Origin: an uncultured delta proteobacterium
GTDB lineage: Bacteria > Desulfobacterota > RBG-13-43-22
Length of the DNA stretch: 64,000 nt
Direction: 5' to 3'
NCBI GenBank assembly: GCA_963802945.1
Contig: CAWDKY010000030.1
Coordinates: 96,001 to 160,000 of the forward strand
A program made the translations under genes and the position numbers. The stretch's first letter is position 1. Each line of letters begins with the position of its first letter. Below are positions 10,259-18,336 of this stretch, one piece after another. Under the pieces are notes generated by a model. That model searched no databases. It was not told the origin of the DNA and saw only the letters and a program-made list of their open reading frames with translations.

Positions 10259-10835
10259 ATGGCTGAATACAAACTAAGCTGGCCAAATGTTACAAACCCC
10301 GCGACACTTTCCTATTTGTGCCATTTTTGCGGAAACAAGGTTGCCTCAGAAAAAGGATGGATTGCTAATACTCACGTTTCAAACGTTCATGCATATGTCT
10401 TCGTATGCCCAAGCTGTACTAAGCCGACATTCTTTGACACGGATCGCAGGCAAATTCCAGCGCCGCGTCTTGGAAATTCGGTAAACGGCATTACTGATAA
10501 GGGGGTCGAAGGTTTGTATAATGAGGCACGTGATTGCTCAATGGTTGGAGCAAATACCCGCTGCCGTGCTTCTCGCTAGAAAGCTACTTATGAATATTGC
10601 GGTTCAGCATGGGGCACAAGCTGGAAAAACATTTATAGATTACATTGACTATCTCTCTGACAATGGTTTCGTTCCTCCAAATGGCCGAACTTGGGTAGAC
10701 CAGATACGCAAGAAAGGTAATGAAGCGACTCATGAAATTCCACAGACCACAGAACAGGATGCACGGCAAATTCTGACATTCACAGAAATGTTGTTGAAAT
10801 TTGTTTATGAATTTCCATCGATGGTTAACCCATAA
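10259..10835 (+). CDS. Cassette 1: Zn-ribbon + DUF4145-like (HEPN-related) protein, frameshift near 10557
   Basis: CHFC/CPSC zinc ribbon; LYNEARDC..AAVLLARKLL..IRKKGNEATH (Rx4-6H-like); stop overlaps attC R''. Confidence 0.75.
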
Positions 10836-10882
10836 CAATCGGCTGCAGCCAATCGCCGATAAATCCGGCTCTGGCTGAGCCG
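10830..10882 (+). other. attC site 1, damaged (R' GTT box missing)
   Basis: CCATAAC-aat-cggctgcagcc...ggctgagccg stem with extrahelical G; no GTTRRRY after L'. Confidence 0.7.
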
Positions 10883-10902
10883 CATTCAATGGAGGTGTAC
10901 TA

Positions 10903-11583
10903 ATGACTTGGTGGCAGACAGCTTTAGAATTTGCAAAAGCCAATACCTCCAGCATAATTGTGTCACTAATTATTGGTTTCCTTTTCTTTGTGCTTGGCCC
11001 CATTGGTCTTTGGTTTTCTGGAAGAAGAATTCGGAGAGAGAGGTTACGCAAGGCTAAGGATTCGATGGTCGACCTTTTGGAAGGCATGCTTGTCAATCAG
11101 GAAGATGTAACGCCCGAGAAACTTGATCTACTGTTTAATGCTGTGGGCCGCGAAATCGATGTGAGCCTTCATGGAGTATATGACGGCGATCTATTGATCG
11201 AGGACATGATGCTGCGTTTTCAAAAGAGCAGACACTTAGATGCACAACAGAAGCAGGACTACTTTGCAAAATTGAGGAATGTGAGATTGGCACTCCATGA
11301 AAAACCAGAGAGCATAATCAAACGTCCGTTGCCAAGGCGAGATCAAGAGATTATTGACGACATTCGGGTTAAAGTTAGTGAACAAAAGGAAGTTAATGAA
11401 CTTCTCAATGAGCTTCAAAGCCGACTAGAAAGAAAAGCAGATGTGTCTGATCCCATTCTGGGTCCGTTCATTTTGGTTAGCCGAATGATGAGAAGGGATC
11501 CGAAAAGATTTGTACTTATTTGTTCCGTAGCTGCCTTATTTTATTTGGGTGTTGTACTGACTTTCCTCCGTTTCTTCAAATAA
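10903..11583 (+). CDS. Cassette 2: hypothetical protein with N- and C-terminal TM helices
   Basis: 226-aa ORF, RBS ggaggt, hydrophobic ends, bounded by attC sites. Confidence 0.75.
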   Translation: MTWWQTALEFAKANTSSIIVSLIIGFLFFVLGPIGLWFSGRRIRRERLRKAKDSMVDLLEGMLVNQEDVTPEKLDLLFNAVGREIDVSLHGVYDGDLLIEDMMLRFQKSRHLDAQQKQDYFAKLRNVRLALHEKPESIIKRPLPRRDQEIIDDIRVKVSEQKEVNELLNELQSRLERKADVSDPILGPFILVSRMMRRDPKRFVLICSVAALFYLGVVLTFLRFFK

Positions 11584-11592
11584 CTGTAAGAT

Positions 11593-11655
11593 ACCCAACT
11601 AAGGGCTGGAGAAGGATGCTCGTTACACGCGGACCTCTCAGCCCAATCGTTGGCG
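11593..11655 (+). other. attC site 2
   Basis: ACCCAAC...gggctg(g)aga(a)gg / cctctcagccc...GTTGGCG, two extrahelical bases. Confidence 0.85.
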
Positions 11656-11728
11656 CCGCCTAACGGCGTCGCCAATATGGCGTTGCCCCTATCGGGTCCA
11701 TGTCCCGGCCGGCTCCGCCGCAGGCGAT

Positions 11729-11798
11729 CGCCAACCAGGCCATTGGACACCGATGTCACTTGCTTGCATGGGCCTTCGGCCCCCGCAACCTGCGTGCC
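11729..11798 (+). other. attC site 3, left half only (truncated by the Y1 element)
   Basis: R'' CGCCAAC exactly complements GTTGGCG at 11649; L''-like gccattggac and terminal loop present; L' and R' absent. Confidence 0.6.
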
Positions 11799-11862
11799 AT
11801 GGAAATAAAGGGTCAGGTCTATTTTCTTGACATTGAAGATGTAGTAATGATATAGGATATTC

Positions 11863-12711
11863 ATGGCACGTCCTCTACGCATAGTATTTCCCGGGGCTGT
11901 TTATCATGTTACCAGTCGAGGAAATAACAAAAATGAGATTTTTAAGGATGCTCAAGACCGTGAGGATTTTCTCAAAATCCTTCACCAGGTTAACAGGCGC
12001 TATAACTGGCTCTGCCATGCCTATTGTCTGACGAATAATCATTATCATTTGCTCATCGAAACACCGGATGGAAAACTTTCCATTGGGATGAGACAATTAA
12101 ATGGGGTATTTACCCAGTTGTTCAACAAGCGACATGGAACCGTTGGCATTTATTCCAGGGCAGATTCAAGGGTATTCTGGTGCAAAAGGATAGCCATCTT
12201 CTAGAAGTTTCCCGTTATATCGTACTGAATCCGGTAAGGGCGAAAGTCATAAAAAACCCGAACCAGTGGAAATGGAGCAGCTATGCGGCCACAGCAGGGC
12301 AGCGAAGTAAGCCCTCTTGCCTTTCAGTTGATGGGATCTTGGGGCAACTTTCACCCGAAAAGATTAAAGCAGAAGGAATCTATCGCCAGTTTGTTAGGGC
12401 TGGAATAAGATCGGAATCCATTTGGAAGGATTTGAGAGTCAGAGCATCCTGGGGGAGGATTCTTTTGTGGAACGTTTAAAAGATCATCTGAAGGGGAAAG
12501 AGGCCATTCCTGAAATTTCAAAAAGCCAACGTTTTATTAACAGACCCTGTTGGAAAAAATATTACCCCCCGAATTGATCCGAAAAAAGGAAGCAAGAAAT
12601 AAACGGATATTGAAGGCAGTGGAGAGATACGGTTACACCCAAAAGCAAGTTTCTGAGTATTTAATTACATTTTTCCTTCAATAAGCCGTATTATACGGAC
12701 ACAGGTAAAAT
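11863..12711 (+). pseudogene. REP-associated tyrosine transposase-like (Y1_Tnp) with C-terminal HTH, several frameshifts
   Basis: MARPLRI..PGAVYHVTSRGNN, YCLTNNHYHLL (HUH), YIVLNPVRA, WKWSSY; tail AVERYGYTQKQVSEYL. Confidence 0.85.
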
Positions 12712-12730
12712 AAATAATGTTAAAAAAATA

Positions 12731-14356
12731 GGGTCTGTTGCCCAAAATATAATTTATAAATCATAAGAGTAAATAAAAGCTGGCTTGGGAAGATAGCCGA
12801 AAGGGAATCCTCTCCAAAAACGATTGGCCAGACGGATTAATAGCCTTTTCGGATGTCCTTTCTGATTCTTATTGGCCGCTGCCGGCCTTTGCTCTTTGAC
12901 ATGACGTATCAGGATTAGGATGTTCTGTAAGGAAGCCGTCAGGTATTCCTGAATCTGGACTCTCCAGAGATTTCTCCACCTGGCCCGTTTAAATCCATAA
13001 CGGGTAGCTTGGGCAAAACTTCGTTCCATCAGATGCTGGCGCAGATGAAGATCCTTCTTAGAATCGGAGGACCCAGCCTTGGCTCTCATCTGGCTGAGAT
13101 CTTCATGCCGTAGATGCCGATTGATGGATCGGCTGGTTCGGGAACGGGTACATTGGTCTTTAAGCGGACAAGACCGAAAAACCTTTCGGGCACAGACATA
13201 ATCCACGGACCGGCGTTGGGTATGATAGCGTCGAAGCGCTAAACACTGCCCGGCAGGACATTGGTAGGTGTCGGTCTGGGGGTCATAAACAAAAGCCTCC
13301 TCAGGAAAGATACCGCTCGACTGCCGGATTTTTCCTGTTGTCCTTTAAGATCGGGAATATGGGCGGCTATTTGAAGATCGTGGCAGTGCAGGAAGTTTTC
13401 CACCGTCCCATACTTGCTGTCGGCTACCACCGTCTCGACGGCCTTTTCCGTGTTCTCCTGATGCTCCTCTATCAAGGTTGGTAAGCGATGAGCTTCATTG
13501 ACCTGTCCCGGAGTGACTTCGGTAGCTGTAATCATTTCCGCTTGGCCATCCACGGCTCGATGCACCTTGTAGCTCAACTTGGGATTTCCTCTTCCTTGAC
13601 GGATCACTGAGGCTTCCGGATCGGTCGTAGAAATATAGCGCCGGTTGACTTCTCCCGACAGGGGTTTCTCGGACGGTTGCTCTTTAAGCCGGGCTTCCAA
13701 CTCTTGATAACTCTGGTTCAGATAGCGTTTCAAGGACTCCCGATTCACCACCGAATCATTGGCCGCATCGGCCTGAACCAGACTGGAATCCATAAAAAGT
13801 TTGGCACCATCCACCAATCCCGCCTCCACACATTGCCAAACGATTCGTTCAAAAAAATATTTGAAGGCCTCTACTCCCCAACGGCTCCGGGCCTTACTCA
13901 AAACACTGTGATTCGGAATCTCATCGTCCAGGTCATAGCCCAAAAACCACAGCCAGTCTAAACGCTCAGGAATAGTAGTCATGAGTTCCCGTTCCGATCT
14001 CACATTATACAGAATCAACAACAGCATCAGTTTGAGAATAACCGGTGGAGGCACAGAAACATTACCCTTCATCCCATAGCTTTCTTTAACTTCATTATAA
14101 ATAAAATCAAAGTCTATGAGTTCGGCAATCTTTCTAAGGGGATGATCTGGTCGTACTCTTTGTTCAAGGTGTAAGCCATAGTAAAATAACTTTCCCTGAT
14201 TCTCTTTGGATTCATAACCCATCATGATGGAAAACCTCTTGATTAAAGATGAGGCTATGATATCATAATAATTAAATATATCATACAGTTATTTTAATTT
14301 TATCGCAATTTTTTTAACTTAAATCGTGGCTAACTGAGGATTTGGGCAACAGACCC
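12731..14356 (-). mobile_element. IS1182-family insertion sequence, 1626 bp
   Basis: Perfect 16-bp terminal IRs gggtctgttgcccaaa / tttgggcaacagaccc; AATA direct repeats at 12727-12730 and 14357-14360. Confidence 0.92.
12754..14225 (-). CDS. IS1182-family DDE transposase (one frameshift near 13315)
   Basis: DHPLRKI, SERELM..WFLGYDLDDEIPNHSVLSKAR (DUF772-like), STTDPEA, VADSKYG, C-terminal Cys cluster and ERSFAQA. Confidence 0.88.
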
Positions 14357-14421
14357 AATAGACCTGACCCCGAAATCCGGCAACACCATTGGTAAGCGGC
14401 TGTTGATATATTTGAACGGGA

Positions 14422-14595
14422 ATGGAAATGACAAGGAACATGTCTGTCGTGCTTTACATTGTGGGGTTGATTGCCGTTGTCGTTAGTGTAGATTTACTGT
14501 TCTTTAAGAATCGATTCTGGGAACGGCTGATAGTGAACATCGGCATTGTCTTGGTGTTTGCCGCCTTCTATTTGAGATTCCTAAAGAACCCGTAG
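14422..14595 (+). CDS. Cassette gene: 57-aa two-TM small membrane protein (below ORF-track cutoff)
   Basis: MEMTRNMSVVLYIVGLIAVVVSVDLLFFKNRFWERLIVNIGIVLVFAAFYLRFLKNP, followed by attC. Confidence 0.7.
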   Translation: MEMTRNMSVVLYIVGLIAVVVSVDLLFFKNRFWERLIVNIGIVLVFAAFYLRFLKNP

Positions 14596-14621
14596 GCTAT
14601 TCGCCGCGGCACCAGCTGGTT

Positions 14622-14701
14622 GCCTAACACCCACATCGAGTCCGACAGGCTTACCCTTCCGCTACGCTCCGGCAACCCCAGGCTCATTTGCTACGTTAAA
14701 C
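14622..14701 (+). other. attC site 4
   Basis: GCCTAAC...cacat(c)gagtc / ggctcatttg...GTTAAAC. Confidence 0.75.
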
Positions 14702-14727
14702 TGCAGGTCAAAAGGAACGGGCAAGCC

Positions 14728-15306
14728 ATGAACCAAAAGATCGTCACACCAACACCCTATGGTTCGATATGCATTTTTCTTCACCCATGCCAATCAAGGG
14801 CCAAAGGTGGTCCGGGTCCTTCTCTCCAAGCCCGGTTTACCGGCTGAGCGCCAAGCCTCAGAATTGTATCCGACTGTAAGCGTAGCTTCTTGTTCGGAGA
14901 TTGACGCCGTAGGTGCAGGTATGAAAAGGCTACTTGCCGGCGAGCCATAGAGTTTTCCCTTCTCTCGCGGACCTCGATCAGTGTAGTGAATTCCAGAAGC
15001 GAGTTCTTCGGGCTGAGCATGCGATTCCGAGGGGAAGGGTAAGCACGTATCGACTCATTGCGGCGTATTTGGGGAAGCCGAACGGCGCCCGGGCTGTCGG
15101 AACGCATTGGCCAATAATCCAGTCCCACTCATCGTGCCGTGTCACCGTGCCATTCGCTCTGACTGGCAGCTCGAGGCTACCAAGGCGGCCTCGAAATGAA
15201 GCAAGCACTTCTGGAGAAGGAAGGCTTTGCATTCGATAGCTCTGGAAAAGTAATTTCCTCACATTTTTACTATGATAGAGCCGGTCGAACAACCGGCTCC
15301 AGCTGA
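14728..15306 (+). pseudogene. ogt: Cassette gene: methylated-DNA--protein-cysteine methyltransferase, multiple frameshifts
   Basis: SEFQKRVL..IPRGRVSTY..GARAVG, then ANNPVPLIVPCHRAIRSD (PCHR active site) and YQGGLEMKQALLEKEG in other frames. Confidence 0.85.
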
Positions 15307-15334
15307 CCTTCGGCAGCTGAGCCGAGCGTTACCC
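15284..15334 (+). other. attC site 5 (very short, 51 bp)
   Basis: GTCGAAC-aac-cggctc(c)agctg(a)cc-ttc-ggcagctgagccg-agc-GTTACCC. Confidence 0.8.
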
Positions 15335-15364
15335 ATGGAACAAAAATGGTGATTGCTTTTATGG

Positions 15365-15392
15365 TTGACGGTATGATATAATGTCATACTAT
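15365..15392 (+). promoter_or_regulatory. TA operon promoter with operator palindrome
   Basis: TTGACG-16 bp-TACTAT overlapping GTATGA-N7-TCATAC inverted repeat. Confidence 0.65.
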
Positions 15393-15410
15393 AACCAGGA
15401 GGGTAACGAG

Positions 15411-15653
15411 ATGGGTAAAGAAAAAATAGCCATTACACTTGATGAGGAATTCATTAGCGAATTGGATCGACTGGTCAAGAGGCACGTTTTTCAAAACCGC
15501 AGCCAGGCCATCCGAGAAGCGGTTAGCGAGAAATTACTGCGACTCAAACGAAGCCGACTGTCGATTGAATGTTCCAAACTCGACCGGTTAGCTGAAAAGG
15601 CCATGGCTGAGGAAGGAATGACCGAGGATGTGAACCAATGGCCGGAATTTTAA
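15411..15653 (+). CDS. Ribbon-helix-helix (CopG-type) antitoxin
   Basis: KIAITLDEEFISELDRLV..FQNRSQAIREAV; acidic tail; RBS aggagg; overlaps toxin start. Confidence 0.85.
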   Translation: MGKEKIAITLDEEFISELDRLVKRHVFQNRSQAIREAVSEKLLRLKRSRLSIECSKLDRLAEKAMAEEGMTEDVNQWPEF

Positions 15654-15973
15654 GAGGCGAGATTCGATGGGCGGACCTAAACCCCACCCGAGGTCGAGAG
15701 CAGGCTGGTCTCCGCCCAGTATTGATCCTCAGTCACGACATCTTTAACGAGCGATCTGGAACTGTCATAGCCGTCGCTATCACGAGCCAGTCACAGAAAG
15801 CCGGATTCCCTCTGACACTTGAACTGAAATCGGGCACCCTACCAAAACAATCATGGGCTAAGATCAGTCAAATCCGAACTCTCTCCATCGAAAGAATCGG
15901 AAAGCTTATTGGCAAGACTTCTCAGGAAGAATTGATTCAGGTCATTGAAGGACTGAACGAGATCATTGCGTAA
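15638..15973 (+). CDS. mazF: PemK/MazF family endoribonuclease toxin
   Basis: RGEIRWADLNPTRGREQAGLRPVLILS, QIRTLSIERI. Confidence 0.92.
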   Translation: MAGILRGEIRWADLNPTRGREQAGLRPVLILSHDIFNERSGTVIAVAITSQSQKAGFPLTLELKSGTLPKQSWAKISQIRTLSIERIGKLIGKTSQEELIQVIEGLNEIIA

Positions 15974-16026
15974 CCATGCAGCGAATCGGCCAGAACTACG
16001 GCCTCTCGCTGATCCCGGCGTTACCC
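15968..16026 (+). other. attC site 6 (last of array, degenerate)
   Basis: GCGTAAC overlapping toxin stop; cagcga..ggcc / ggcc..tcgctg stem; GTTACCC. Confidence 0.65.
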
Positions 16027-16074
16027 GGCATGTTGCCCATTGACAACATTGACAATGATTTTTTGAAGACTTCT

Positions 16075-16467
16075 TCACCGATCAGGCTTTTTAGGCGGGA
16101 TGAAAATAAACGATAGGCATATTGCAATAAAAAAAGCAATGTTAAGATCCGTAAACATCCGGTCAGGCCAGTCGTAATACAAAAACTTGTGTACCCAATG
16201 GGAAATAAAACCCTGGGGATAAAGAAATGACTGACCGGCCCCTCGACGTAGATTAGTCTCCCATTCTGTTAAGGGACAGAAAATGCCAAAAAAAGTCTCC
16301 AAAATCACAATCCCCATAGCCGCCAAATGGGTCCACCGAAAGAGCGGATTATAAATCGATTTCCACTTAAGAAAAAAGCCCAGCCAGATATAGACCAATC
16401 CCAAGATAATGTAGAATACGTAAGCGAAATGAAAAAGCATGACCAGATTTGCAAAAATGGCATTCAT
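16075..16467 (-). CDS. DUF2784-like membrane protein
   Basis: HFAYVFYI..HLAAMG..CPLTEWETNLR..GFISHWVHKFLYYD. Confidence 0.75.
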   Translation of the reverse strand: MNAIFANLVMLFHFAYVFYIILGLVYIWLGFFLKWKSIYNPLFRWTHLAAMGIVILETFFGIFCPLTEWETNLRRGAGQSFLYPQGFISHWVHKFLYYDWPDRMFTDLNIAFFIAICLSFIFIPPKKPDR

Positions 16468-16524
16468 TACAGCCAGGTTTTGCCGATCAACCCCAAGACG
16501 ACCTGTTCCAGTCCATCCTGGAAT

Positions 16525-17270
16525 TATTAAATTAACAGCTCAATAAGAAAGCGGGCAAAAGCTCTTAGTCCCGTTCTTTCCTGGTCGGTGAGCCAGGAAT
16601 AGGCCGCCTCCCATTTCTCCCCTAAGGGACCGCCTCCGACCCACCCGATTCGGCCATGGTTTCAATCGGCAGAACAATTTTTAAAAAGGCCGCTATCCCG
16701 AGTCTGCGCAGGGCGGAATCGTCCCGGATCATCTCCCAGGTTTGCCGTTCCTCCTCAGTACTCTCTGATGAATACTCCAATAGACGGGTTTGGTAAAGTC
16801 CACTACCCCGTTCGATGAGCAGACGGACCACATCTGCATCTTTAATGGCTACGGAGAGCAGGAAAACCAGTTGTTGAAGCCTGGGCATATCCAGGCCTGC
16901 TTGCCTTCCAGCCTCTTGTAGCTGTGTGGAAAATCGGAACTGGTAAAATTCAGGGGTCCCATGCAGCAGGCGCGTGGCCGATTTCGTGTTGGACTATACC
17001 CTTGACTAAAGGTTCTGGAACGTCTTTGATCTTTTCAATGGGGATGTGAATCCTGGGGTAACCCCTCCAAGCTTCATGGGTAGCTAAAAAATTTGATTCT
17101 CCGTTGGTGGTAACACCTAATTCGGCTTTTTCTCTGGCGTCGAATTCCTGAAAATCCAAGGTTTTCTCCCATAAAAATATGGAAATCCGGGACGGTACTT
17201 TATTCCGATCTGCCGGACCGACTTTCCCTGGGCCATAAATCGACTTTCGCTAAAATGCTATCATCCCCAG
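16525..17270 (-). pseudogene. Fragmented hypothetical protein with HEXXH motif
   Basis: Consecutive minus-strand fragments (16950-17159, 16622-16888) containing QHEIGHA; boundaries approximate. Confidence 0.45.
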
Positions 17271-17316
17271 TACCACAGGGAATAATTTCTAAGAACATTT
17301 CCAAAAAAAAACTGTC

Positions 17317-18258
17317 TTAGCTTTTCTTCTCTTTAGGCGGCTCCGGGGGTCTGGGGTTTTTATAACCCATCAATAGCGTCTTGGGTACAAGTTTTAGTAA
17401 TTGGTCCAGGGTCCAGATCTTCCCGTCATTGAATATTTGTATAATCTCTGTTGGCTCGGAGTAGATGCCTATCTTGTCTCCTGCAGCAGAAAACACCTTA
17501 CCATTGACATTCCAGGCATCATCGGTGCATAGATAGACCACAATAGGAGGAACCCATTCAGGTCCCGGCATATTGATAAGGGCTTCATAGGCCTCTTTGG
17601 TTATTACCCCGGCCTCCAGCCGCTTCTTGAAGCCGGCTTTCACCTCCTCAGTCACAGTCATCCTGGTGGCTGCCCCCGGCGCCAGGCAATTACAGGTTAT
17701 CCCATACCCGCCCAACTCGCGGGCCGCCGATCTCATAAAACTGACTATGGCCCCTTTGGCAGCGGCATAGTTGATTTGACCCATATTGCCCAGCCAGGCG
17801 CTGGAAGTCGTCAGTATGATCCTCCCCCGCCTCTGCTCTCTCATGATCCCTGCCGCCCATCTGATCGTATTAAAATTAGTATAGAGATGAACCTTAAGCA
17901 CCATATCCCAATCTTGATCCGTCATGTTCCAAAGCATCTTCTCTCGGTTAATGCCGGCGGCGTTGACCAGAATATCAAGGCGACCAAAATTGTCCAGACA
18001 ATTGGTAACAATTTCCCTGGCGGCGTTATAATCAATTGCCGAGGCGTAATTAGCAACGGCGATACCACCGATCTTCTTGATCCTGGCCACCGTCTTATCC
18101 GCCATTGACGTATCAGAACCTGTTCCATCTCTGGCTCCTCCTGGATCATTAACAATCACCTTAGCTCCTTCGACGGCTAAGGCCAAAGCGATTTCCCCAC
18201 CTATGCCTCCACCGCCACCAACCACTACGGCACCTTTGTCTTTTAATCTTTCACCCAT
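17317..18258 (-). CDS. Short-chain dehydrogenase/reductase
   Basis: GGGGGIG Rossmann motif, VNAAG, YAAAK catalytic motif. Confidence 0.92.
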   Translation of the reverse strand: MGERLKDKGAVVVGGGGGIGGEIALALAVEGAKVIVNDPGGARDGTGSDTSMADKTVARIKKIGGIAVANYASAIDYNAAREIVTNCLDNFGRLDILVNAAGINREKMLWNMTDQDWDMVLKVHLYTNFNTIRWAAGIMREQRRGRIILTTSSAWLGNMGQINYAAAKGAIVSFMRSAARELGGYGITCNCLAPGAATRMTVTEEVKAGFKKRLEAGVITKEAYEALINMPGPEWVPPIVVYLCTDDAWNVNGKVFSAAGDKIGIYSEPTEIIQIFNDGKIWTLDQLLKLVPKTLLMGYKNPRPPEPPKEKKS

Positions 18259-18336
18259 CTTTTAGCCCCCTATTCTTGATAAAATAGTCACGTTTTTAAG
18301 ATCAGCCACGTTTCGACTATTCCCCTGCCCCACTTT

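Larger units (their letters stand above)
11810..14370 (+). mobile_element. Y1/HUH (RAYT-type) transposase element bounded by 25-bp imperfect inverted repeats, containing a nested IS1182
   Basis: Left gggtcaggtctattttcttgacatt (11810-11834); right aatgttaaaaaaata|gacctgaccc reconstructed after removing the IS; 23/25 match. Confidence 0.8.
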
